Source: Candidatus Saccharimonadales bacterium (lineage in GTDB: Bacteria > Patescibacteriota > Saccharimonadia > Saccharimonadales > OMJO01). From it: 64,000 bases of DNA. This document shows, one piece after another, positions 9,801-17,454 of the stretch. The notes under the pieces were generated by a model. The model was not told the DNA's origin and did no database searches. It saw nothing but the letters and a program-made list of their open reading frames with translations. Numbering within the stretch: the first letter of the stretch is position 1; the number at the start of each line of letters is the position of its first letter. Made by a program: the position numbers and the translations under genes. The DNA lies in NCBI GenBank assembly GCA_035480035.1, contig DATIID010000001.1:9323-73322 (forward strand), read 5' to 3'.

Positions 9801-10176
9801 CTTCCTGAACTTCTACATCAATGCTGGTCTAAAAGTTAACGGCGTTTACAATAGCGCTGTCTGCCCAGCGGTTAATCGTTACAAGAAGCGAGTTGGGTTG
9901 AAACCAGATTGTATCTTTGGCAAGGGTTCGTGGGCCTATCTAGAGACCTATGGCAAACAAATTGCACCGGGCTTTGGCGCTAAAATAACCTACTTCACTG
10001 GTACAACCAAGCATGTGGTCACAGCTAACAAGAATGGCAACTACACCATTATGGGCTTGCCGTCCGGTGCTAGAAACTTTACTTACGCTTTGCCTAATTA
10101 CACCAGTCAGACAATCAGTGTCACTATCCCGATCAACCAGACAATTACTAAAAACGTAAACTTGAGGCATCCATAA
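6868..10176 (+). CDS. membrane-anchored multidomain surface protein
   Basis: GTG start and an N-terminal signal anchor (VIAILAVLLFSAIGTSLLL). Residues ~120-215 carry ES...GFLQ...Y motifs reminiscent of SLT/lysozyme-like folds (tentative). There are two homologous Ig-like modules (aa ~275-365 and ~475-565, each with TVSG..I.ATA.D.V.VTKVE.Y). The FN3 modules include YEYQIEAVDSVGN, YSYQIVAFDDTGN and YTYVVQAVDGSGN. The malectin-like block is aa ~672-827 (INAGG...WSGDKYFTGG...YAVRLHFAEI...RVFSVSVNG). A PG_binding_1-like segment (LKVNGVYNSAVCPAVNRYKKRVGLKPDCIFGKGSW) sits inside a carboxypeptidase-regulatory-like terminal domain. Confidence 0.8.
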   Translation: MKTSKRDVLNYLTRHNVIAILAVLLFSAIGTSLLLQSHASPAPSPNGYYQNIPAGTALAALKSGSTCAQEVIGRNSPWEPKPENKTANQTVPTAAQLASFHTAENNAYFTRVDGLFSGTTDQIIQWASCKWGFEDNIFRAEGVIESNWLQSAHGDVTTIASHCPADADKTTTGCYQSYGFLQNKWIYNQAAYPMYRYMTAFEIDYALAQDRQCYDQHGGDYKGCLAEWFTGNFAANGTGSSYVGDWQTAYTAKPWLTWADLSTPTNTTPSDTQSPTVSLPEPDPSIGNTVSGQTTITATAGDNVGVTKVELYANDQLVDTVTASPYVFNWDTTQYPNNDYSLVAKAYDAAGNPPGVSNEVVYTVANNDTTQPTAPKGVTAVAQPDGSIQVDWQAAVDNSDVVSYNIWRNSADDPDDEIASVDAVDAASGYNDTFVTPGVTYEYQIEAVDSVGNVSTKSAVVTVTAPSDTSTDVTPPDVSLTQPSDGDTVSGIVNISATASDDVAVTKVEFYVDGVLIDTSNGLPGTSYSASFDSKQYTNEAHDITAIAYDAADNVSQSDIFVNVDNSVNNVQLTPPSSVEAQANASDTAILVTWNPSTVPGTGYYIERIADGSIPETIDQVPASSHSFNDTTVVADGTTYSYQIVAFDDTGNTSEPSAESNGVTLQPPVVSTGGVLINAGGGTYNEVGTGGTGSSGTRLWSGDKYFTGGTVDDLGAGVDISGTDIGPIYQDERTGPMSYSVPVADGKYAVRLHFAEISPDCQQSGCRVFSVSVNGDTFLNDFDIYDLVGGYAADVEQTIVDVTNGKVDIDFTPITGDPQIAGIEIVPADSSAPTMPTNLAAKAVSASQINLSWDVDPINAGVVAYRIFRNGSTDYEEVPSVPDANGQMTWGDTGLTPNTTYTYVVQAVDGSGNVSPVSDSASATTLKTSTRVGNITGTVTVTNPINPYKCPTDPQLTVSATVPAKGSTRYICTQKAQFFLNFYINAGLKVNGVYNSAVCPAVNRYKKRVGLKPDCIFGKGSWAYLETYGKQIAPGFGAKITYFTGTTKHVVTANKNGNYTIMGLPSGARNFTYALPNYTSQTISVTIPINQTITKNVNLRHP

Positions 10177-10187
10177 GGGGGTAGCAC

Positions 10188-10670
10188 ATGAACAACGAAC
10201 AAAACCAACCAATGACTTCGCCAACAGCTGCTTCACCAGCACCACCAACTTCGTCTATGGCGGCCAACTCTAAAAAAATGATGGTCTATGTGGCCGCTCT
10301 AATTGGTATCGCTATTTTTGCATCAGTCGTCGCTGTAATCTATCAGAATCAGACCAAAAAACCAGCCACCACTAACACTAACGCTGTTCTACCGGCGCCA
10401 GCCGCCATAAGTATTACTTCAACTGGTTTTGTACCAGCTAGTATTCAGGTTAAGTCTGGCACGACTATTATTTGGACCAACACCGACAAAAAACCACATC
10501 GGGTGGCCACTGATCCTTTCCCGACCAACAACGGTTTACTGGGCTTTGATAGTAAACAAGATCTGAAGACCAAAGAAACCTATAGTTTTACCTTTGATAC
10601 TGCGGGGACTTTCACATACCATGACGACTTAAACCCCTACAAAATCAAGGGTACCATCGTCGTTAAGTAA
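10188..10670 (+). CDS. membrane-anchored cupredoxin-fold protein (no Cys copper ligand visible)
   Basis: N-terminal TM (VYVAALIGIAIFASVVAVIY) followed by ISITSTGFVPASIQVKSGTTIIWTNTDKKPHRVATD...GTFTYHDDLNPYKIKGTIVV. The plastocyanin-like YxCxxH is replaced by YHDDLNP. Confidence 0.6.
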   Translation: MNNEQNQPMTSPTAASPAPPTSSMAANSKKMMVYVAALIGIAIFASVVAVIYQNQTKKPATTNTNAVLPAPAAISITSTGFVPASIQVKSGTTIIWTNTDKKPHRVATDPFPTNNGLLGFDSKQDLKTKETYSFTFDTAGTFTYHDDLNPYKIKGTIVVK

Positions 10671-10686
10671 TTAATCAGATTGCCAC

Positions 10687-11193
10687 TTAAGTAATTGCTA
10701 AACGGCCTAATTGGTCAATTGTTTCAGCCAGGGCGTAAACCAGATGATATTCGCTTCCATCAAAACTGGCGTGTCTTAGTGTTACTAATTCATCTGGATC
10801 TTCAACATAGGCTAGTTGATTGCCAATTATATATGGCTCGGTTTGCTCAAACACGTAGCCGGCAGTTTTAATGCCATCAGTCAACAACACATCAGCTTCA
10901 CCAGTAGTTTGACCTTTAGGTAAGTCAATTACCGGATCCCAATCGTCCCTAATCAAATCGCCAGTTTGATAGTGAAATGGAGCTGGTCGAAAACCGTAAA
11001 ACCGGTTGTATTTAATAGAATTAACGCTAACTTCAACCAGAGATTCATTAATGCCATCCAAGGCAAATAAGGGCAGTGGATATTGCCCGTCCCAAGCCAT
11101 GTCAATACCGCCAGCTAGCAATAGCCTCTCAATATTAACCTGTTCGATAAACGAATTTGGTCGATTACCGTGAGCCACGCTTACTTCGGTCAT
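10687..11193 (-). CDS. hypothetical protein
   Basis: 168-aa ORF; no motif recognised. Confidence 0.45.
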   Translation of the reverse strand: MTEVSVAHGNRPNSFIEQVNIERLLLAGGIDMAWDGQYPLPLFALDGINESLVEVSVNSIKYNRFYGFRPAPFHYQTGDLIRDDWDPVIDLPKGQTTGEADVLLTDGIKTAGYVFEQTEPYIIGNQLAYVEDPDELVTLRHASFDGSEYHLVYALAETIDQLGRLAIT

Positions 11194-11325
11194 GTCGATA
11201 CTTTACCACAATTCGTTAAGTTAAACACAAGCGTTATTAACAAGGGTAAAATGGCTACTTTATATCTATTAACTACTATTTTTAACTATTTACAAATTTA
11301 AAAAGATTTTGTAAGATTTAGCTTT

Positions 11326-12093
11326 ATGGCTGAATTTAGTTTTGATCATCTAGCCGAGATAGTACCTGAACGAATAAATTCTTGGGTCTTAGATGAGTAT
11401 CGCAAAAATGGGGAAATGGCCGCCGGTATTGACCCAACCGCAATGTTTAATTACCAAGTCGAAAAAATTGGTGCAGTACGTGAAATTGGGGCCAGATGCA
11501 CGATTGGCGCAGCTGTTATACTTGGCGATGGTGTTGAACTGGGTGAGGAAGTTCATATTGGCGATCACACGGTACTGGATAAAAGAGTGATCGTAACCGA
11601 CGAATTTAGTTTTGACCAAGGTATGGTTTATTTTGATGAAGACGCATCTGTTGACCCAGTTGAAAACGGTCGTCGACCACATCCATTTGCCAGACGCATT
11701 CAAGAAAATATCATTGTTGGACCGCATGTAGCTCTGCCAAGTGAGGTACAATTGGGCAGTGATGCCATTATCCCAACCCAAGCTACAATCAGACAAATTG
11801 GCCGGTTTGGTACCTCCAAACGAATGGTAACTCTTTATGGATCAGATGAAGGTCCGATGGCGAGTGTGGCTTGCCAATCAGGTATTGATTTAGACACTTT
11901 AAGACACCGCATAGTTAATAGTGTTGATACTGATCCCAAAAGTGCCAAAGACTATAAGTTACACTGGCGAGAAATTAACTCTGGTGCTAACCAAGTTCAA
12001 CGTGCATACGACAGAGAAAGTCAACTGGTTGATGAATTGATATCTAAAGGCCGATCAGCATTTCGTCAAGTTGGCTACGAGTTCGTATACTGA
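11326..12093 (+). CDS. hypothetical protein with short left-handed beta-helix-like hexapeptide run
   Basis: 255-aa ORF. IGARCTIGAAVILGDGVELGEEVHIGDHTVLDKRVIV looks like hexapeptide repeats. The rest is unrecognised. Confidence 0.45.
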   Translation: MAEFSFDHLAEIVPERINSWVLDEYRKNGEMAAGIDPTAMFNYQVEKIGAVREIGARCTIGAAVILGDGVELGEEVHIGDHTVLDKRVIVTDEFSFDQGMVYFDEDASVDPVENGRRPHPFARRIQENIIVGPHVALPSEVQLGSDAIIPTQATIRQIGRFGTSKRMVTLYGSDEGPMASVACQSGIDLDTLRHRIVNSVDTDPKSAKDYKLHWREINSGANQVQRAYDRESQLVDELISKGRSAFRQVGYEFVY

Positions 12094-12103
12094 TTAATCT
12101 TTA

Positions 12104-12132
12104 TTGACATTAGCGAGTTACGGTGCTATTAT
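12104..12132 (+). promoter_or_regulatory. sigma70-type promoter TTGACA-N17-TATTAT
   Basis: -35 at 12104-12109 and -10 at 12127-12132 with an exact 17-nt spacer, in the intergenic region upstream of the KGG-repeat gene. Confidence 0.5.
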
Positions 12133-12228
12133 AAGCATAACTTCGAAAGAAGTAACAAAAAGAGGGTTCTATCAATCAAATGACAGGACCTTTTTTGTTT
12201 CTCATAATAGTAAAGGGAGGCTATATTA

Positions 12229-12426
12229 ATGGCTGGAACTAAAGCTGGTGGCCGCGCTGCAGCCGCTACCAACAAAGCAAAATACGGCTCTGATTTTTAC
12301 GCAAAAATCGGTGCTAAGGGTGGTAAACTTGGTCGCACAGGTGGCTTTTTCGCCAACCGTGAGCTAGCTCGTTTAGCTGGCGCCAAGGGTGGACGAATTT
12401 CTCGTCGCACCAAAAAGTCTGTTTAA
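12229..12426 (+). CDS. KGG-repeat general stress protein (GsiB/YciG-like)
   Basis: 65 aa with repeated AKGGK/AKGGR and GG-rich basic repeats (IGAKGGKLGRTGGFF, LAGAKGGRISRR). A strong SD (AAAGGGAGG) is present. Confidence 0.7.
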   Translation: MAGTKAGGRAAAATNKAKYGSDFYAKIGAKGGKLGRTGGFFANRELARLAGAKGGRISRRTKKSV

Positions 12427-12445
12427 CTTTCATAATAACAGATTG

Positions 12446-12482
12446 AAAAGCAGTGGAACTTAGGTTCGACTGCTTTTTTTAT
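12446..12482. terminator. bidirectional intrinsic terminator between convergent genes
   Basis: AAAAGCAGT-(14 nt loop)-ACTGCTTTTTTT. The GCAGT/ACTGC stem (12450-12454 / 12469-12473) is flanked by an A-run and a T-run. It lies directly after both stop codons. Confidence 0.55.
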
Positions 12483-12979
12483 TTGAATATAGTCTGAACT
12501 TTAGTCTTGGTTTTAGTCTTAGTCGGTTTACTAAGGCGGTAAGGCCGGCAAAAGCGTGAACTAGTAACTTTCCATGTGCAACTGCAATTAGGGCATTGAT
12601 AACTAAAGCTGGAGGTTTGTAGGCTAACCAGCCCACAGCGTGGGCAAGTGCTGCGTTGGTGCAACCAATCTCGATAAGTATCCAAGCAATCTTGAATATG
12701 ATCCTCGTCAATTTTTAGATTCAGATTTTGGGCTAACTCTTTAGCTTTTTCCCAAGCAGCCACTTCCATGAGAAGTAGATCGATATCGGATTCATAGTTT
12801 TGATGACCTAGTGTGGCATGTCCAGTTTCGTGGAGCAGAGACCAGGTAGCTAGTTTGTCGCCACTGCTTTGCTTGTTATAGGTAATAGTCCGATTAGCTG
12901 GCGACCACAAGAAGTTATCACCGACAATAAAGTCCACGCCTGGCACCAGCTTAGCTAATTTTTTTATAATCTCACTCAC
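12479..12979 (-). CDS. putative zinc metalloprotease (HExxH) with C-terminal zinc-ribbon
   Basis: GTG start abutting the ROK stop codon. Contains LLHETGHATLGH (HExxH..H) and CPRCG...CPNCSC. The tail is Lys/Thr-rich. Confidence 0.55.
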   Translation of the reverse strand: MSEIIKKLAKLVPGVDFIVGDNFLWSPANRTITYNKQSSGDKLATWSLLHETGHATLGHQNYESDIDLLLMEVAAWEKAKELAQNLNLKIDEDHIQDCLDTYRDWLHQRSTCPRCGLVSLQTSSFSYQCPNCSCTWKVTSSRFCRPYRLSKPTKTKTKTKVQTIFK

Positions 12980-13786
12980 TTAAGTCCTCGCCATTTCATA
13001 GCAGCCGTAAATAACGGCTTCTTCCGGTCGATTAGCCTGCTTAATTGGGGGAATCGGCACAAGAGGCGTTTCATATTTTTTCAAGTCAGCCTTTAGATAG
13101 TCGATGTATTTCTTAAAATTAGTATTAACACCGCCGCCCATCACAATAACTTCTGGTTGGATAACCGATATCAAGTCAATAATTCCTAAACTCAGATCAC
13201 GGGCAATTTCTTTCCAAGTCACTTTATCATTAATGTCCGTAGCTTTTTTACCAAACCGCTCAACAATCGCCCGACCAGATACAATATCTTCCCATTGTTT
13301 CATTTGGCCACGATAGTCGACTAGAATTTGGCCACCCTCACTATCTTTCAAATCTGGATCAATCTTACCATTTGTGATAAGTGCACAGCTGATTCCAGTG
13401 CCAATAGTTACATAAAGTACTTTTTTATAACTTTTTATGATATTATTAGCTTCATATAAGCCTGCTAATTTGGCATCGTTTTCAATTACTACTGGACAAT
13501 TTACAAATTTCTCAATATCACTGGCGATATTTTCTTCAGTCCATTTAAGGGTGCCATAGCCAAGAGCCACACCATTTTCACGATCTAATCGCCCGGGTAC
13601 GGCTACCACAAATTTTCTGAAATCTTTTGTTGATAATTTATCAACAGTATCAGCCAAGTTAGTTAAAAACTCAGCATAATTTTGAGAGGTTTCAAAGCGG
13701 ATTGACTTCTTAATTTTACCTTTATCACTAAATAGTGCTACTAAGGTCTTGGTGCCCCCAATATCAACCGCCCCAATCATGTACAT
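12980..13786 (-). CDS. ROK family sugar kinase
   Basis: N-terminal IGAVDIGGTKTLVALF ATPase motif, then VIENDAKLAGLYE, TIGTGISCALI and VIVMGGGV. Typical ROK/glucokinase layout. Confidence 0.8.
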   Translation of the reverse strand: MYMIGAVDIGGTKTLVALFSDKGKIKKSIRFETSQNYAEFLTNLADTVDKLSTKDFRKFVVAVPGRLDRENGVALGYGTLKWTEENIASDIEKFVNCPVVIENDAKLAGLYEANNIIKSYKKVLYVTIGTGISCALITNGKIDPDLKDSEGGQILVDYRGQMKQWEDIVSGRAIVERFGKKATDINDKVTWKEIARDLSLGIIDLISVIQPEVIVMGGGVNTNFKKYIDYLKADLKKYETPLVPIPPIKQANRPEEAVIYGCYEMART

Positions 13787-13816
13787 AAGTTTATCACAGA
13801 GTTGGTTGTTAAGGCT

Positions 13817-13845
13817 TTGACTAACAGATAAATAACAGATATAAT
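13817..13845 (+). promoter_or_regulatory. sigma70-type promoter TTGACT-N17-TATAAT
   Basis: -35 at 13817-13822 and -10 at 13840-13845, upstream of rpsA. Confidence 0.5.
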
Positions 13846-13908
13846 GTAATTAAGTCTGGCGGGGAAACGGTCTACGGGCTGCCGCAGAAACAAGGAGGCA
13901 TTTTTAAT

Positions 13909-14994
13909 ATGCCAAAATCAAGTACTGTCACTATGGATGACCTGTTAGCTGGAAGTGACATTAAACAATTAAATTCCGGCGACGTCATCGAGGGCATCGT
14001 TTATGATGTCCGTAAACACGAAGTTTGGGTTGACCTTGGCGCCAACGGAATTGGCGTGATTATGCGCCGCGAAGTCGCTGGTGGTTCGCCCTTAGAAGTT
14101 GGTCAACCGGTTGTTACCAGCGTGGTGGACCCGGAAATGGACGAGGGTCATGCCTTATTGAGTATGCGCCGAGCTGCTAAAGACCGAGGCTGGGATGAGC
14201 TGCAACGAGTCTTTGACGACCAAGAGATTATTGATATTTCACCTTATGACGCCAACCGAGGTGGACTACTAGTGGAACTGGAAGGCATTCGCGGCTTTTT
14301 ACCGGTGTCACAATTGGCGGCTGGTCATTACCCAAGGGTATCCGGTGCTGACAAAGATGAGATATTACAAAAACTCAATCAGCTAACTAATAAAACCCTC
14401 CGAGTTCGCATTCTGGACCTCAGCCGTAAGGACAATAAGCTAATTTTCTCCGAGAAAGAAGCTGTTAAAGACGACATGCAGGCTCGCTTTAGCGAACTTA
14501 AGGTTGGTGATGCTGTTGAAGGGGTTGTGACTGGCGTAATTGATTTTGGCGCCTTTGTTAATGTCGATGGTATTGAAGGTTTGATTCATATCTCCGAAAT
14601 ATCTTGGGAGCGAGTTGAAAATCCACGCGACTACGTTAAAACTGGCGAAACCATCAAAGCTAAGATTATTGCTATCGACAAAGACCGTTTAAGTTTGAGC
14701 CTAAAGCAAATGACTGAAGATCCATGGCTTCACGAAGTTAAAGCCTTTAACAAAGATGATATTGTTGAGGGGAAAGTGACTCGCATTACGCCTTTTGGAG
14801 CCTTTGTCCAGCTTAGCCCAGCCGTTGAAGCGCTAGTTCATGTGTCAGAAATGGGCGACCAGGATAGCATTGACCCAGAAAAGATTTTCCAACTTAACGA
14901 GAAGAAGAAATTTAAAGTTTTGGATATCGACACTGAAGGTCGCAAGATAGCGCTTACCTTAAAAGAAGCTAAACCCAAAAAGAGCACGAAATAA
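13909..14994 (+). CDS. rpsA: 30S ribosomal protein S1 (short, 4 S1 domains)
   Basis: Repeated S1 OB-fold modules (G.V.EG.V..V..FGAFV...GIEGLIHISE). SD is AAGGAGG. Confidence 0.85.
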   Translation: MPKSSTVTMDDLLAGSDIKQLNSGDVIEGIVYDVRKHEVWVDLGANGIGVIMRREVAGGSPLEVGQPVVTSVVDPEMDEGHALLSMRRAAKDRGWDELQRVFDDQEIIDISPYDANRGGLLVELEGIRGFLPVSQLAAGHYPRVSGADKDEILQKLNQLTNKTLRVRILDLSRKDNKLIFSEKEAVKDDMQARFSELKVGDAVEGVVTGVIDFGAFVNVDGIEGLIHISEISWERVENPRDYVKTGETIKAKIIAIDKDRLSLSLKQMTEDPWLHEVKAFNKDDIVEGKVTRITPFGAFVQLSPAVEALVHVSEMGDQDSIDPEKIFQLNEKKKFKVLDIDTEGRKIALTLKEAKPKKSTK

Positions 14995-15034
14995 GATGTA
15001 ACGACATTGATCTGTCAGAAAGGAGACCACGGTC

Positions 15035-16792
15035 ATGAGCAACACCATCGAAATCGAAGACAGTATCACCGTGGGAAACCTAGCGGAACAGCTGTCGATA
15101 CCAGTGACTAAACTGATTACCGAGTTGATGAAAAACGGGGTGTTGGCAACTGTTAATGAGAAGATTGATTTTGATACAGCCCAGATTATTGTCGGTGAAC
15201 TTGATCTGGACACCACAGTAACTAAAAAAGAGGCCGAAGCCACGCCAGCCCGTCAAAAACGTGTCGCCAGCGACAAAGCCGAGCCGCGTCCACCGGTAGT
15301 GGCAGTTATGGGTCATGTCGATCATGGTAAAACCAGTTTGCTAGACGCTATCCGCGGTGCCGCGGTGGTCAAGGGTGAAGCCGGTGGTATTACCCAACAT
15401 ATCTCGGCTTATCAGGTTGAACATGGTGGACGCTTGATTACTTTTCTTGATACACCTGGCCATGAAGCCTTCGCTGCCCTAAGGGAACACGGTGCCCAGT
15501 TAACTGACTTAGTAATTATTGTTGTAGCGGCCGATGACAGCGTTAAACCCCAGACAATTGAAGCAATTAGATTTGCCCGACAAGCTGGTGTCAAGATGGT
15601 AGTAGCCATTAATAAGATTGATAAAGAAGGCGCTGACATTAATCGGGTTAAACAAGAGTTGTCAGATCAAAACTTGTTAATTGAAGAGTGGGGTGGTGAC
15701 ACTGTAGTAGTCGAGGTTTCAGCTAAAACCAATAAAGGTATCACGGAATTGCTTGATATGGTACTCCTAGTAGCTGATGTCGAGGACTTACGGGCTGATG
15801 TCGATGTGCCGGCTAGCGGTTTAGTTATCGAATCCCATATGGAACAGGGACGCGGTCCGGTGGCCATCGCACTTGTTGAAGCCGGCCAGTTAAAAACTGG
15901 TGATTTTATCGTGGCTGGCGGTACTTACGCGCGGGTTCGTAATCTGGAATCAACAGATGGCAAAGTTCTAAAGGTAGCACCGCCATCAACCCCGGCCGTT
16001 ATTACTGGCTTCAAGTCACTACCAGCCTTTGGTGATGAATTCTACGCTGTTAGCAACGAAAAAACTGCTCGATTAGAAGCCGCTAAAGTTAGTACGGCTC
16101 GTCAAGGTGATGGCAATAAACTAGATATTAACAGTGGTGAGCTAATCCGAATGATTAATCGTTCCAATCGATTAACTGAACTTAACGTTATCATTAAAGC
16201 TGACGTACAGGGCTCGCTGACCTCCGTTGTCGACAGTCTAAAAACGCTTGATACCGAAGAAGTGGCGGTGCGTATTGTGGGTTCTGGTATCGGTGCAATT
16301 ACTGAGAATGATGCTCATCTGGCCAGCACCAGTGACGCAATCATCTATGGTTTTAACATCAGCTTGCCAAGTAATATTAAACAGCTCGCCAATCGCGACA
16401 AACTCAAAATTCGTCTGTTTAAGGTCATCTATGAGCTACTTGACGATGCTAAAGCGGAACTTACCAAACTGTTAGCACCAGAAGTGGTTGAAACCGAACT
16501 CGGTCGCTTGCTTGTCAAAGGTATTTTCAATACCACTAAAACAGAGGTTATTTGTGGTGGTGAGGTCACCAAGGGCAAACTTAGCCTACCAGCTTTAGCT
16601 AAAGTGATGCGCGGCAATGACCAAATAGCCGAAGTCGAGGTGACTGGGCTGAAGCGTGGTCCTCAAGAGACAAAAGAAGTGGTGGAGGGTGAAATGTGCG
16701 GATTATCGTTTAAGTCATCTAGCCGAGTTGATCTACAGATTGACGACCGTCTGGAGTTGTTCCGACGCCAATTAGTTGAACGAACCCTATAA
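15035..16792 (+). CDS. infB: translation initiation factor IF-2 (short N-terminus)
   Basis: G-domain motifs [19 protein letters not shown] and NKID. The C-terminal domains are typical of IF-2. Confidence 0.95.
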   Translation: MSNTIEIEDSITVGNLAEQLSIPVTKLITELMKNGVLATVNEKIDFDTAQIIVGELDLDTTVTKKEAEATPARQKRVASDKAEPRPPVVAVMGHVDHGKTSLLDAIRGAAVVKGEAGGITQHISAYQVEHGGRLITFLDTPGHEAFAALREHGAQLTDLVIIVVAADDSVKPQTIEAIRFARQAGVKMVVAINKIDKEGADINRVKQELSDQNLLIEEWGGDTVVVEVSAKTNKGITELLDMVLLVADVEDLRADVDVPASGLVIESHMEQGRGPVAIALVEAGQLKTGDFIVAGGTYARVRNLESTDGKVLKVAPPSTPAVITGFKSLPAFGDEFYAVSNEKTARLEAAKVSTARQGDGNKLDINSGELIRMINRSNRLTELNVIIKADVQGSLTSVVDSLKTLDTEEVAVRIVGSGIGAITENDAHLASTSDAIIYGFNISLPSNIKQLANRDKLKIRLFKVIYELLDDAKAELTKLLAPEVVETELGRLLVKGIFNTTKTEVICGGEVTKGKLSLPALAKVMRGNDQIAEVEVTGLKRGPQETKEVVEGEMCGLSFKSSSRVDLQIDDRLELFRRQLVERTL

Positions 16793-16814
16793 TTATGATA
16801 TAAATTGCTTAGTC

Positions 16815-17378
16815 ATGCCTGAGCAAGCACCCCATTTAAATGAGATTGGAGAGCCAGATAATCAGTCAATTAGTGGCGAGTTAATGGTGCCGCACGAATA
16901 CGATCAGATTAATGATGACAAACGGCGTCTAGAGAAGTGGCAATTCCGCAAATCATGGGCTAAATTGTTCGGCGGAATCGCTAACAAAGAAGAGGTTGGC
17001 GATCTTAGTTGGTATACAAAGGCCAAAGCGGCTGAATCTGATGACATGCATTTACCTAATGAGGCCGAGTTAGTTAGTGAACCAATTGAAAAATTATATG
17101 AACTCAGACAAGAAGTTAAGGATAAGCCACCAGTCAATTTGCCTGAGACTAAGTCTGCCACCCCCGTTGGCAAGGTGATGGCAGAAGCAATTTCTAAACG
17201 CCAAGCGAACCTGCCAAGCGATCTGTCGACTAGTGAGAGCCTCCATCGAACCATTCAACAACAACGTACAGCCAGTACTCAAATCAGCTCGCTATACAAG
17301 CAAGCTGTCATCTACGGTTTAGTCGGCGCAACTGTACTGCTAGGCCTAATGACGCTGTTTGCTATCTTAAAGCGTTAG
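16815..17378 (+). CDS. hypothetical tail-anchored membrane protein
   Basis: ORF 16776..17378 overlaps the end of infB, so the ATG at 16815 is preferred. There is a single C-terminal TM (VIYGLVGATVLLGLMTLFAIL). Confidence 0.45.
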   Translation: MPEQAPHLNEIGEPDNQSISGELMVPHEYDQINDDKRRLEKWQFRKSWAKLFGGIANKEEVGDLSWYTKAKAAESDDMHLPNEAELVSEPIEKLYELRQEVKDKPPVNLPETKSATPVGKVMAEAISKRQANLPSDLSTSESLHRTIQQQRTASTQISSLYKQAVIYGLVGATVLLGLMTLFAILKR

Positions 17379-17390
17379 AATTCTCATATC

Positions 17391-17419
17391 TTGAATTAAA
17401 GTGTTATATATGATATTAT
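17391..17419 (+). promoter_or_regulatory. sigma70-type promoter TTGAAT-N17-TATTAT
   Basis: -35 at 17391-17396 and -10 at 17414-17419, in the intergenic region upstream of the 440-aa ORF. Confidence 0.45.
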
Positions 17420-17454
17420 ATGGATAACCTAGCGGTGGAGTTTTAACTAAAGTT

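Noticed and set aside
12460-12711. 83-aa ORF on the minus strand overlapping the HExxH/zinc-ribbon gene in another frame.
   Set aside because: The alternative frame (12479..12979) carries the HExxH and CxxC motifs and abuts the ROK gene. This ORF is a frame shadow.
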